A stretch of 64,000 bases of DNA from Thermoproteota archaeon (GTDB lineage: Archaea; Thermoproteota; Nitrososphaeria_A; Caldarchaeales; Calditenuaceae). The notes beneath the pieces were generated by a model. It was given only the letters and a program-made list of their open reading frames with translations, had not been told where the DNA came from and searched no databases. Made by a program: the position numbers and the translations under genes. This document shows positions 19,538 through 28,536 of the stretch, piece by piece. The DNA lies in contig JAUQPZ010000003.1 in NCBI GenBank assembly GCA_030550155.1, positions 22,916 through 86,915 of the forward strand. The letters are read 5' to 3'. Numbering within the stretch: the stretch's first letter is position 1; each line of letters starts with the position of its first letter.

Positions 19538-20010
19538 GCGGCGAATCCCTCCTGGTCCGGAAGATTGACTGGGGGACCGTGCTCGACCACATCCCCGCGT
19601 GGCGGGCCAACCAAGTCCTCAAGCTCCTCAACTTAGAATCACTCAATAGAAGCTCAGACATCTCGGTCATAGTTCTCTACAATGTCCCAAGCAAGAAGCT
19701 CGGAAGAAAAGACATAGTAAAGCTCTACCACCACATGGTTAGCGAGGAGGAGGCCAAGATACTCGCACTCGTTTTTCCCCAGATGACTATAAACTACATC
19801 AGGGACTGGAAGGTCGAGAAGCATAGCCCTGGGCTGCCTGAGAAGATAATTGGGAAGATAAGGTGCCCGGAGACGACTTGTATAACCAATTATGAGAGGG
19901 AGCCTGCCACGCCTCGCTACATTGTCGAGAGGGAGCACGGCGTCGTAGTCTGTGAATACTGTGATACTTTGCTGGAGATCAGCAGGATTCCCGACTTCCT
20001 GAAAGGGTAG
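19534..20010 (+). CDS. pyrI: aspartate carbamoyltransferase regulatory subunit
   Basis: 158 aa. C-terminal zinc domain CPETTC...CEYCD. Start overlaps the pyrB stop (ATGA). Confidence 0.9.
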   Translation: MSGESLLVRKIDWGTVLDHIPAWRANQVLKLLNLESLNRSSDISVIVLYNVPSKKLGRKDIVKLYHHMVSEEEAKILALVFPQMTINYIRDWKVEKHSPGLPEKIIGKIRCPETTCITNYEREPATPRYIVEREHGVVVCEYCDTLLEISRIPDFLKG

Positions 20011-20023
20011 GGGTGCCGGCCGC

Positions 20024-20992
20024 TTGGAGGGGTGGAGATGCATAGACCCCCACGTTCACTGTAGAGACTGGAATGAGAGCTACAAGGCCACTATTCGGGA
20101 AGTCGCCATACTTGCGAGCACCCAAGGTGTGGTGGCAATCATAGACATGCCCAACACAGACCCGCCAGTAACAACCCTTGACACTGCTAGAAGAAGGGTT
20201 GAGACTGCGAGGCGGGAGGGGGTGGAGCGCGGATACTATATCTACGTGGCCGCGACGCCGGACATCGGGCAGCTGGAAGAGGCCGTCGGGGCCGTGGCAA
20301 ACCTGAGATGGGTAGCGGGCCTCAAGATGTATACCGCTCCTATGAAGGGGCTAGAGGCAAGCACCATCGAGGCCCAGCGCACGGTCTACAGGAGGCTCTC
20401 GGAGCTCGGGTATAGGGGTGTGCTTGCAGTCCACTGTGAGAAGACCAGCCTCTTCAGGGAGGAGCTGTGGGACCCTTCCAAGCCTTGGACATGGGGATAT
20501 TGCAGGCCGCCTGAGGCTGAGGTCGAGTCTGTTAAGGACCAAGTAAGGCTGGCGCTGGAAAACGATTTCAGGGGCACACTCTACATAGTCCACACAAGCA
20601 CTCCTGACGCAGTCAGCATAGTAGCCTCAGCAAAGGAGCAAGGCCTCAAAACAGTCTGTGGAGTCACACCGCACCACTTAATGCTAAGCCTAGAGGATAT
20701 GGCCAGAAGCAGCGGCCTAGCCCTCAAGGTCAACCCACCTCTTAGGCAGCGGAGGCTCAAAGAGGGGCTTTTAGATAAGGTCAGGGAAGGCCAGGCTGAC
20801 TTTCTCGAGACCGACCACGCACCTCACGCACCGTCAGAGAAGCTTGGGCCACCCTATCTCTCAGGGATAAGAAGCCTTGATAATTACTCCAAATGTCTAG
20901 AGTGGCTGTTGGGCAACGGCGTGTCGGAGAAGATTCTGAGAGATATGACATACAATAATGCGAAGAGGGTGTTTCCCATGATTGAGGAGTAG
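20024..20992 (+). CDS. pyrC: dihydroorotase-like cyclic amidohydrolase (PyrC-like, short form)
   Basis: 322 aa. Metal-binding DPHVH at the N-terminus and DHAPH near the C-terminus. Sits immediately after pyrBI. Shorter than typical PyrC (~400 aa). Confidence 0.6.
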   Translation: MEGWRCIDPHVHCRDWNESYKATIREVAILASTQGVVAIIDMPNTDPPVTTLDTARRRVETARREGVERGYYIYVAATPDIGQLEEAVGAVANLRWVAGLKMYTAPMKGLEASTIEAQRTVYRRLSELGYRGVLAVHCEKTSLFREELWDPSKPWTWGYCRPPEAEVESVKDQVRLALENDFRGTLYIVHTSTPDAVSIVASAKEQGLKTVCGVTPHHLMLSLEDMARSSGLALKVNPPLRQRRLKEGLLDKVREGQADFLETDHAPHAPSEKLGPPYLSGIRSLDNYSKCLEWLLGNGVSEKILRDMTYNNAKRVFPMIEE

Positions 20993-21015
20993 CTGTGTGT
21001 GGAGAAGGCCTCTGG

Positions 21016-21834
21016 CTATCCCAGCCCCCGGAGCAGCGACTGATGCCTATGGCAAAGCCCCCCGCTCTTTATCTGAGCCCTGATCAGCTCCTCATGGGTG
21101 TGAGAGTTATAGAGCCTACAGCTGGGGTCGGTGCAGAAAGCCTCTCCAAACAGGTAGTAAAATACCGCTTGGAGGACGTATCCCACAACGACACTAGTCA
21201 TCCTCTCATCGTCATATGAGAGGACCATGTCCCCCAGCCTACGCCTCTCCTCCTCCACAGCTAGCCGCTGCACGTCAGGGCTGCTAAGTAGCCATAGCCC
21301 CATGTAGACCTCTGGCGGAAGCGCGGGGGCCTCGACCAAGCCTGTCGTGGAGATGATTGCAGGGTTGCCCAGCATTATTGTCCTCGCGTGCGCCCTCCCC
21401 TCCCCCTCCTCCTTCGTCACCAAGAGCCGAGACGTCAAGACCGTGTGGAGCAGGCCGTATCGCCTCTCCTCCACCGGGATTAGGGAGTGGAGAAAAGACT
21501 GGAAGAGGTATCCTTCGTAGAGTATGCCTGCTGTGCTCCGGCTAGGGTCTTGCAGGACACGCTCCTCGTATGCGATCTCACCGATAAGAGGCTCTCCTAC
21601 AGGCTCACATCTCAAGATATCCACGACCCTGAGCGAGGCCAGCCGGGCCGCAGTCTCTTTTGGATTGACCCTCCAGCGCCTCATCGCGTATGCCAGATAA
21701 TCCTCTCTTAGCTCGACCTCGCATTCAGGGATTTGGTCCTCGAGCGTGCTGGAGAGTTTATCGTAGCTCAGCGCTCTGGACTTAGGGTCTCTGTAGATGA
21801 GTAATTTGAGGCCTCTGTATGGTCTAAGCGTCAA
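21016..21834 (-). CDS. archaemetzincin-like protein with degenerate active site (tentative)
   Basis: 272 aa. The C-terminal FGEAFCTDPSCRLYNSH...C..H resembles the archaemetzincin zinc-ribbon region (FGLGHCxDPxCxM...CxxC). The segment aligned to HExxHxxGxxH reads QAVFYYLFGEAF, so the catalytic His/Glu appear absent. Confidence 0.35.
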   Translation of the reverse strand: MTLRPYRGLKLLIYRDPKSRALSYDKLSSTLEDQIPECEVELREDYLAYAMRRWRVNPKETAARLASLRVVDILRCEPVGEPLIGEIAYEERVLQDPSRSTAGILYEGYLFQSFLHSLIPVEERRYGLLHTVLTSRLLVTKEEGEGRAHARTIMLGNPAIISTTGLVEAPALPPEVYMGLWLLSSPDVQRLAVEEERRRLGDMVLSYDDERMTSVVVGYVLQAVFYYLFGEAFCTDPSCRLYNSHTHEELIRAQIKSGGLCHRHQSLLRGLG

Positions 21835-21847
21835 GAGCTGGGGTCCT

Positions 21848-22690
21848 CTATCTTGCCTCGGCCTCCAGCTTCTGGAGCTCTGTTAGAGCTATCTCCGCGG
21901 CTCTCTTACCTGAGAGCAGCATGGCTCCGAAAGTTGGCCCCATCCGCGGCAACCCGTAGGTCTCGACGACCGCCATGCCTGCGACGATTAGTCCCGGAAA
22001 GATGACTCCTGTATGCTCCACAACCGCGTCCTCAGACTGTTCGACCCACATCGCACCCATCCCCCTAGTCCTAACCAGCCCCCTCGCCTCAAGTCTCTTG
22101 ACAGCGGCAGCATCGTGCCCGGAGGCGTCAATGACTATTCTCGCCTCAAGGGCGATAGGGTCGACACACGTGATCTGCCGGGGGAGGCCCTCTACGGGCG
22201 TCCAGTTTACGACGACGCCGCGGACCGCGTTCTCTCTCACGACTACGTCGTCAAGTTTTGTTAAGTTGAGGAACTTCACTCCTGCGTCGCAGGCGGAGGC
22301 AATTAGTTTTGAGCAGGCGTGCGGGCCGTGAGCCACGTAGAGCCCTTCAACATATTTCCTGAATGGGACTCCGAGCTCCCTCAGAATCTCTTGGGCGGGA
22401 GCCCTGAACGTCACTGGGTTCATCAAGTATCCGCCTATCCAGAAGCCGCCTCCTAAGTAGTTGTTCTGCTCAACGACAAGAACTTTCAGACCGTTTTTAG
22501 CGAGCTCCCTGCCAGCCATCAGCCCCGCCGGTCCTGCGCCAACGATGATGACGTCGCTTCGAGCATAGTCAGTGAACATCTCCATGAAGGTTGACGCAAT
22601 AGCCTTTGTGATGTCTGACTCTTTTATAGGGCTGAAGATTGTCACGCTGATAGGGTCTAAAACCCTTTTATAAACTGGTATATAACACAC
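21848..22690 (-). CDS. thi4: Thi4-family thiazole synthase
   Basis: 280 aa. FAD/NAD dinucleotide motif [14 protein letters not shown] and Thi4 motifs ([12 protein letters not shown]). Confidence 0.85.
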   Translation of the reverse strand: MCYIPVYKRVLDPISVTIFSPIKESDITKAIASTFMEMFTDYARSDVIIVGAGPAGLMAGRELAKNGLKVLVVEQNNYLGGGFWIGGYLMNPVTFRAPAQEILRELGVPFRKYVEGLYVAHGPHACSKLIASACDAGVKFLNLTKLDDVVVRENAVRGVVVNWTPVEGLPRQITCVDPIALEARIVIDASGHDAAAVKRLEARGLVRTRGMGAMWVEQSEDAVVEHTGVIFPGLIVAGMAVVETYGLPRMGPTFGAMLLSGKRAAEIALTELQKLEAEAR

Positions 22691-22795
22691 TTATGGCTAA
22701 TCCCGAGGTATATCCCCTATAAAATCCACTCCGCCACACAGGCTAAAGACTTTTTAAGCCAAGCGGCCGACCAATAGTTCCGGAGAGAGCCATAC

Positions 22796-23551
22796 ATGTT
22801 CACCATGAGGCTTCCCAACGCGGACTATGCTGCCGACCTCTTCAAAGCAATAGCGGCGGTGGTCGATGAGGGCTCCTTTAAGGTTACGCAGGACTCGCTC
22901 AGGCTGGTCTCCATGGACCCTGCGCACGTGAGCTTAGTTGATTTTGAGTTGAGGAAGGAGGCCGCCGAGGAGTTCGAGGTGGATAGGGAGACGGAGCTGA
23001 CCGTGAATCTGCAGGAGCTGTTGAAGTTTTTGAAGAGAGCCAAGAAGGGAGAGTCAATCACGCTTGTATATGACGATGAGAAGAGGAAGCTAAACATAGT
23101 GTTGACGGACCCGACGAAGTCTAGGGAAAGACGATACCAGCTTAACACGCTGGAGCCAGTCGCAACCACGAGCGCGTCTCCGAGGCTGGCCTTTGAGGGG
23201 CGGGCCAGAGTAAACGCTGAGGCCCTCTGGGAGGCTATAGAGGATGCAAGTCTTGTATCGGATGCTGTGAGAATAATAATTCAGCCAGCGGCGGTCGTCT
23301 TGACGGCGAAGGGTGATATGGGCGTGGTTGAGAACAAGCTTACAAAGGACGGCGCGCTGGTCTACGAGGTTGAGGCCTCGACCGAGGTTGTGGCCAGCTT
23401 TAGTCTAGCATATTTGGAGCGAATAGTTAGGCCAGGCAAAGACCTATCAGAGGAGACGCTGATTCAGCTAAGCAGCAACAAGCCCATCAAGCTAACATTC
23501 ACGCTCCCCGCGGGCAGGCTCGAATACTTAGTAGCTCCAAGGCTAGAGTAG
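22796..23551 (+). CDS. pcn: DNA polymerase sliding clamp PCNA
   Basis: 251 aa with a two-domain PCNA pattern (FTMRLPNADYAADLFKAIAAVVDEGSFKV ... LAPRLE). A TATA-like tttttaag lies upstream at ~22751. Confidence 0.9.
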   Translation: MFTMRLPNADYAADLFKAIAAVVDEGSFKVTQDSLRLVSMDPAHVSLVDFELRKEAAEEFEVDRETELTVNLQELLKFLKRAKKGESITLVYDDEKRKLNIVLTDPTKSRERRYQLNTLEPVATTSASPRLAFEGRARVNAEALWEAIEDASLVSDAVRIIIQPAAVVLTAKGDMGVVENKLTKDGALVYEVEASTEVVASFSLAYLERIVRPGKDLSEETLIQLSSNKPIKLTFTLPAGRLEYLVAPRLE

Positions 23552-23557
23552 GCGTGG

Positions 23558-24715
23558 CTAGGTGGCCGCGCTAATAATGTAGCCGGATATCGAGCCGAGC
23601 AGAATCCGCCTCTCACCCAACACGGCCCAGCCCGAGTTTTCCAGCGCCCTTACAACAACCACAGGCTTGCTTGCCAGCACAGTCAAGCCCGCTCCAGGAC
23701 AGGCCCTTCTCATAGACCTGAAGGCCTCCGTGTAGAACGTTTCCGGGTCTCTTAGCCCCATCCTCAATCCAAAAGGTGGATTGCAGACGATTCTCCTGGC
23801 CGGCTCGGTTAAGACTCTCTCAAGCCTGAGAGCGTCACCCACAGTGAAGCTGACACACCCCTTCAGCCCCGCGGCCTCCAGATTACTCTCGGCGTCTGCG
23901 ATAGATCTCGGCGACGCATCGACTCCCGTAATGTCTAGTGGCTCCGGATTTTTCTCAGATTCAAGCAGTCGTCGAGACATCTCCTCAAGACGCTCAGCGT
24001 CAAACATCCTCAGCTTTCTTAGGGCCAGTTTCTCGGCCCTCAACCCAGGGTGAATGTTGAGAGCGTGTATAGCGGCTTCTATGGGGATTGTGCCTGCGCC
24101 GCAGAAGGGGTCGAGAAGAGGCTCGCCCGCGGTCCAACCAGAGATCATGAGCATGGAGTACGCTATGGTTGGAGCGAGCCCTGCCCTGTGGTGTCTGAGC
24201 CTGTAGTATCTGTGGTGGAGAGAGGGGCCGGTCGTGTTGAGTCCTAGGATGAAGTCGTTGTCCCTGAGAATTGCGAGAAACTCTACATCAGGGTTGCTTA
24301 AATCAACTCTCAGTCTAACGCCAGTAGCGCTCCTATAAGACTCGATGATGGCTCTTCCAACGGTCGCAGCCATGTCCAAGCTGGTGAAGCTGTGGACGCC
24401 GTGTCTCTCTGCTCTAACTGCGAAGCTCTGCTCCCGGCCGATAAACTCCTGAAAACTCTGAGACCCAACAACAGACTCAATCTCAGACAGACTGCTAGCC
24501 TTTGACCTAGCCAATAATAAGTAGAGCCTGTTAATGCTCTTAGCGGAGAAGTTTAGGAGGGCGCAGCCCTCGAGTGTAGACTCAAAGAACACCTTCGAGA
24601 CATCAGTGAAAGCCTCAACACCCAGAAGTCTCCAGACTTCGTCGGCAGCTACATCCTCTAACCCAGTTATCGTCGTCGCGAAAAACTTCAAGACGACCTT
24701 GACCCCGCCGCACAA
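23558..24715 (-). CDS. THUMP-domain tRNA (guanine-N2)-methyltransferase (Trm14/TrmN or Trm-G10 family)
   Basis: 385 aa. N-terminal THUMP-like region, SAM motif I DPFCGAGTIPIEAA, and catalytic NPPFG (VCNPPFGLRMG). Confidence 0.8.
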   Translation of the reverse strand: MCGGVKVVLKFFATTITGLEDVAADEVWRLLGVEAFTDVSKVFFESTLEGCALLNFSAKSINRLYLLLARSKASSLSEIESVVGSQSFQEFIGREQSFAVRAERHGVHSFTSLDMAATVGRAIIESYRSATGVRLRVDLSNPDVEFLAILRDNDFILGLNTTGPSLHHRYYRLRHHRAGLAPTIAYSMLMISGWTAGEPLLDPFCGAGTIPIEAAIHALNIHPGLRAEKLALRKLRMFDAERLEEMSRRLLESEKNPEPLDITGVDASPRSIADAESNLEAAGLKGCVSFTVGDALRLERVLTEPARRIVCNPPFGLRMGLRDPETFYTEAFRSMRRACPGAGLTVLASKPVVVVRALENSGWAVLGERRILLGSISGYIISAAT

Positions 24716-24789
24716 TAAAAAAGTCCCGCCAAAATATAATTATTCACGATTTCGGGTGCCAACGAGTCAGTCTCAGCAACAGTCTATAT

Positions 24790-25818
24790 CTACATCCAAT
24801 CCAGCACTACTATGCCCGTTGCCCCCCTCTCTTGAAATATGCGCTGATAGGCTTGGGCAGCCATATCCCACCTGAAGCGATGCGTAATAAGTTCTCTGAC
24901 AGATATCTCGCCTCTCCGAACAAGGTCGAGGTATAGTTCTCCGTTCCTTCTGCGCGTCCACGGATTGTCTGCAGACTCGGTCTCTGGATGGGAGTTTACA
25001 TGCGCCCCAATGATTATGTAGCTAGGCCAGTTGCAAAGGTCGTGAAAGTCAAAAGGCACCGGTCCCCTAGGGCTGCTCAAAACTATCAATCTGCCTTGCC
25101 TACGTAGTGCCTGAAACTCAGCCAGAATGGCCTCAGGGCTCCCAGTAGCCTCGAAAACTACATCGGCCAATCGACCGTGATTTGCATCCTTAATCTTCTC
25201 GGCAACCCGAGGATCTGCACCATCCAAGGTCAAATGAGCTGCACCAATTTTTTCGGCAAGTCTTCTACGATGCTCGAAAAGGTCGATTCCGATAACGGGG
25301 AAGCCGCCCTCTAGTCTCGAGAAGAGCGCCGCCAAGACGCCTATGGGGCCAAGCCCATAGACGGCTACGCATTCCCCAAGCTGTATCTTAGCCCTTCTCA
25401 CAGCATTTATAGATATTACTGCCAAGTTCGTTATCACTGCCTCCTCATCAGATACCTCCACAGAAACCTTGACCCAGTGATCTCCACGGCCATAGATTGA
25501 GTACATGCTGTGCGGCTTCCAGCCCACGACTCTATCACCTACGCTAACATCTTTTACGCCCTCGCCAACATCGACAACCTCGCCCAGATGACAATACCCC
25601 AACGCCAGCGGATATTTCGCGATGCTGTGCCAGACACTTCCCGCAGGATACTCACCAGCGTAGAGAGTGAGCTCTGTCCCCGTGCTGATTGCTGTCATAC
25701 GAGCCTTGACCAAAAACTCTCCGGCCGCGAGCTCCGGGAGAGCTCGCTCAACCAGCTCAATCTCCAGAGGACCTTTACAGACTACTGTAGGCGTCTTCAA
25801 CAAGCTCATAAATAGCAA
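24790..25818 (-). CDS. zinc-binding medium-chain dehydrogenase/reductase (alcohol/threonine dehydrogenase-like)
   Basis: 342 aa. GroES-like N-domain with metal ligands (CHLGEVV) and Rossmann motif VAVYGLGPIGVLAA. Confidence 0.8.
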   Translation of the reverse strand: MLFMSLLKTPTVVCKGPLEIELVERALPELAAGEFLVKARMTAISTGTELTLYAGEYPAGSVWHSIAKYPLALGYCHLGEVVDVGEGVKDVSVGDRVVGWKPHSMYSIYGRGDHWVKVSVEVSDEEAVITNLAVISINAVRRAKIQLGECVAVYGLGPIGVLAALFSRLEGGFPVIGIDLFEHRRRLAEKIGAAHLTLDGADPRVAEKIKDANHGRLADVVFEATGSPEAILAEFQALRRQGRLIVLSSPRGPVPFDFHDLCNWPSYIIIGAHVNSHPETESADNPWTRRRNGELYLDLVRRGEISVRELITHRFRWDMAAQAYQRIFQERGATGIVVLDWM

Positions 25819-25854
25819 GTGTGGTAAAAATGGTTTTTAACTTTTAGAGCCCTT

Positions 25855-26670
25855 TCAAGCCTTTATTTTTTCCGGCTTGAGCAGCTCCGCGGCCTCTTCA
25901 GGAGTCATGTTCTCGTGCACGATACCTCTGAGAGCCTTTGCCATTCCTACAGGGTTGGGGTTCTGGAAGACGTTGCGCCCGAAGTCTAGGCCAGCGGCGC
26001 CCTCCGAGACTGCGTTATACGCGAGCCTCAAGACATCCATGTCAGTCTCGAGCTTCGGGCCGCCAGCTATAACTAACGGCACAGGGACGGAGTCCACAAC
26101 TCTGTGGAAATCATCAGTATAGTATGTCTTTATGAAATGGGCCCCCAGCTCTGCCGCGACCCTGCAAGAAAGCCCAATATACCTCGCGGTCCTCTTCTCC
26201 AGTTCACGCCCCACAGCAGTTACAGCCAGCACCGGCACTCCGTACTCCTCCCCCGCGTCCACCAACCTCGCCAGCGCCTTAAGCGTCTGATGCTCAAACT
26301 CTGTCCCGACGTATATTGAGAACGCGAGCGCCGAGACATTCAGCCTCAAGGCATCCTCGACGGAGGTAACTATCTCCTCGTTCCCGAGCACAGGCCCGTC
26401 TATCGTGTTGCCGCCTGAGACCCTTAGCACAACTGGGATATCAGCTGTTGGGTCTATGGATGTTCTGAGAACACCTCTCGTAAGCATCACGGCGTCTACG
26501 TGTGGGAGTAGGGGCGTAATGGCTCGCTTTGGGTTCTCCAAACCACGGATAGGCCCCAGAAAATATCCATGGTCCACAGCCAGCATCAGCGTCCGGCCGT
26601 CGCTCGGCTTGATTATCCGCGCAAGCCTATTCCTTAACCCCCAGGTTGAGCCTTGACCAGCCTGAAACAT
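25855..26670 (-). CDS. DhnA-type class I aldolase (archaeal fructose-1,6-bisphosphate aldolase / ADH synthase family)
   Basis: 271 aa TIM-barrel aldolase with family-conserved segments (LMLAVDHGYFLGP, Schiff-base Lys region AHFIKTYYT). Confidence 0.75.
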   Translation of the reverse strand: MFQAGQGSTWGLRNRLARIIKPSDGRTLMLAVDHGYFLGPIRGLENPKRAITPLLPHVDAVMLTRGVLRTSIDPTADIPVVLRVSGGNTIDGPVLGNEEIVTSVEDALRLNVSALAFSIYVGTEFEHQTLKALARLVDAGEEYGVPVLAVTAVGRELEKRTARYIGLSCRVAAELGAHFIKTYYTDDFHRVVDSVPVPLVIAGGPKLETDMDVLRLAYNAVSEGAAGLDFGRNVFQNPNPVGMAKALRGIVHENMTPEEAAELLKPEKIKA

Positions 26671-26807
26671 CGGAGAGACATAGGCCTCAGCAATATAATG
26701 CTTTAATCTGAAAAACTTGGCTGTCCTTAGATAATCGCATTAATATTTCACACCTCCTTGAAATATGCAATGAAGAGTTATAAGAGAGCCCCCGAACTCT
26801 AGCTGAA

Positions 26808-27065
26808 TTGACTGAAGAAAAAAAGTTTAGCAAAAAAGGGTATCTGACCCAGACAGGTGAGGGGGAGCTCCTCCTCGTCAACGAGAAAGGCGTCGCATAC
26901 CTCGTAAACGAGTCAATCGTAGCTATATGGGACAGGTTTGAGGGGAGAACCATGGAGGAGGTTATCCAAGAGGTGGCTGAGATCTCGGAGCTGAGCCCCG
27001 ACGAGCTCCGCGAACCAATAAGAGAGCTTGTTGACGCCCTAGTTAAGGCAGAGCTACTCGTTTAG
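26808..27065 (+). CDS. PqqD-like small protein (RiPP recognition element-like)
   Basis: 85 aa on a TTG start. Pattern LLLVNEKGVAYLVNESIVAIWDRFEGRTMEEVIQEVAEI...LSPDELREPIRELVDALVKAELL matches the PqqD/RRE consensus. Confidence 0.5.
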   Translation: MTEEKKFSKKGYLTQTGEGELLLVNEKGVAYLVNESIVAIWDRFEGRTMEEVIQEVAEISELSPDELREPIRELVDALVKAELLV

Positions 27066-27155
27066 TGTGAGAACTGCGGGAGGCCCAAACATCCATTTTT
27101 ATTAATGAATTTAGAATACCTATCAGAGTCAGCGTGGGCTGGGTTTTGTAGAGCT

Positions 27156-27509
27156 TTATGGAAGTTTGTTAACGAGCTTTATCATCTCCTCATAGTGGTG
27201 TTTGATGATTGCGGAGCCCTTCTCGCCCATCATCTTCTCGGCGTTCGACTTGCAGGACTCTATGGCCATTAGAAGTCCTTCCTTGGTGGGGTTCTCGATG
27301 CTCACGCCACATTGCCTAAAGACGCCTTCCAAGAACTGCCTCACCTGCTTTTTCAGCTCGGCATCCTGATACGGCTGTCCGAGAATCTCCATAAACTCCC
27401 TGTTAGCGCTCTCAAAGCACTTCAGCAGCTCATCTCTCACGATCTCGGGCGTAACCTTCTCGGCAGGAATATCGGGAGCCCTGTACCTGGCCATGCCCCT
27501 CTTATGCAT
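27156..27509 (-). CDS. hypothetical protein
   Basis: 117 aa helical, charged ORF with good coding statistics and no recognisable motif. Confidence 0.45.
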   Translation of the reverse strand: MHKRGMARYRAPDIPAEKVTPEIVRDELLKCFESANREFMEILGQPYQDAELKKQVRQFLEGVFRQCGVSIENPTKEGLLMAIESCKSNAEKMMGEKGSAIIKHHYEEMIKLVNKLP

Positions 27510-27657
27510 CAGGCTAATATATATTCTTTCTAAATTTGGTGAAATAATCCCATAATAAAGAAACTACGGTCCAGCGCTAATGGAACTAAAGACTCCGTGT
27601 ATAAAAGGCATATCAAGTAATCATTTCGTCTTTTAAGCGGGGCGTTTCTTATAAAGG

Positions 27658-27665
27658 TTTAAATA
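27658..27665 (+). promoter_or_regulatory. TATA box of the polar amino-acid ABC transporter operon
   Basis: tttaaata lies 27 nt upstream of the ATG at 27692, inside an AT-rich ~180 bp intergenic stretch. Confidence 0.4.
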
Positions 27666-27691
27666 GGGTCTGACCCGCCCAATAGGCGAGT

Positions 27692-28522
27692 ATGACGGCT
27701 AAAAGTATCAGTTCAGTCTGGCTCGCTGTTGCGCTAGTAGTCGGAATCGTTATCGGTGCTGGAGGATTCTATGCCGTCTCGTCCCTCACGCCGCCGCCGA
27801 CCAAGCCCTCACTCTTGGAGACTATCAAGAGTAGGGGTGTGTTGATTGTGGGGACAAGCGCGGACTGGCCTCCCTTCGAGTATATCGATGCGGGTGGGAA
27901 TTTTGCTGGGATAGACATCGCGTTCGCTGAGAGAATTGCTAGAGAGATAGGTGTTCGGCTTGAGGTGAGGGACATGAAGTTTGGGGCCCTGATACAGGCC
28001 CTGAAGGCCGGACAGATCGACCTCATACTGGCCGACCTTCACCATACCGCCGAGCGTGAGACGGAAATCGACTTCTCGAAAGGCTACTATGTTGCCTATG
28101 ATGGCGCGGTCGTCACACTGAAGGGGAAGGCCTCGCAGATAAACTCGGAATCCTCGCTAGTCGGTAAGAACATAGGCGTGCAGCAGGGAACAATACAGGA
28201 GGAGTGGGCTAGGACCAACCTTGGAGGGAAGGCGAACATCGTCTCATACGACAGGGTGTATCCAGAGATGATTATGACTCTTAAGAGAGGCGATCTCGAC
28301 GCAATCGTGGTGGGAGACATCATCGGCAGCGTGCTGGCCGCCAGAGACCCTGACCTCGTGGTAGTTTTGAAGATTGGGAGCCTCAGCGGTGCAGCGGTAG
28401 GTATACCGCAAGGCGAAGAAGAGCTGAAGTATGTCGTCAACAAGGTAATAGAGGACTTGACGTCTACAGGGGAGATGGCGAAGATCTTCCAGGACGAGAT
28501 TAATAAGTGGCTTGGACAGTAG
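27692..28522 (+). CDS. ABC transporter substrate-binding protein, polar amino acid family (SBP_bac_3), membrane-anchored
   Basis: 276 aa. N-terminal TM anchor followed by a type-II periplasmic binding fold typical of His/Gln/Arg binding proteins. Confidence 0.85.
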   Translation: MTAKSISSVWLAVALVVGIVIGAGGFYAVSSLTPPPTKPSLLETIKSRGVLIVGTSADWPPFEYIDAGGNFAGIDIAFAERIAREIGVRLEVRDMKFGALIQALKAGQIDLILADLHHTAERETEIDFSKGYYVAYDGAVVTLKGKASQINSESSLVGKNIGVQQGTIQEEWARTNLGGKANIVSYDRVYPEMIMTLKRGDLDAIVVGDIIGSVLAARDPDLVVVLKIGSLSGAAVGIPQGEEELKYVVNKVIEDLTSTGEMAKIFQDEINKWLGQ

Positions 28523-28536
28523 CTTGAAAGTAGGAG

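Noticed and set aside
21848-22690. Whether this Thi4 is the non-suicidal, sulfide-using type (no active-site Cys)
   Set aside because: The [10 protein letters not shown] region seems to lack the Cys of yeast THI4, but I cannot align it confidently without a reference, so it is not reported as a finding.
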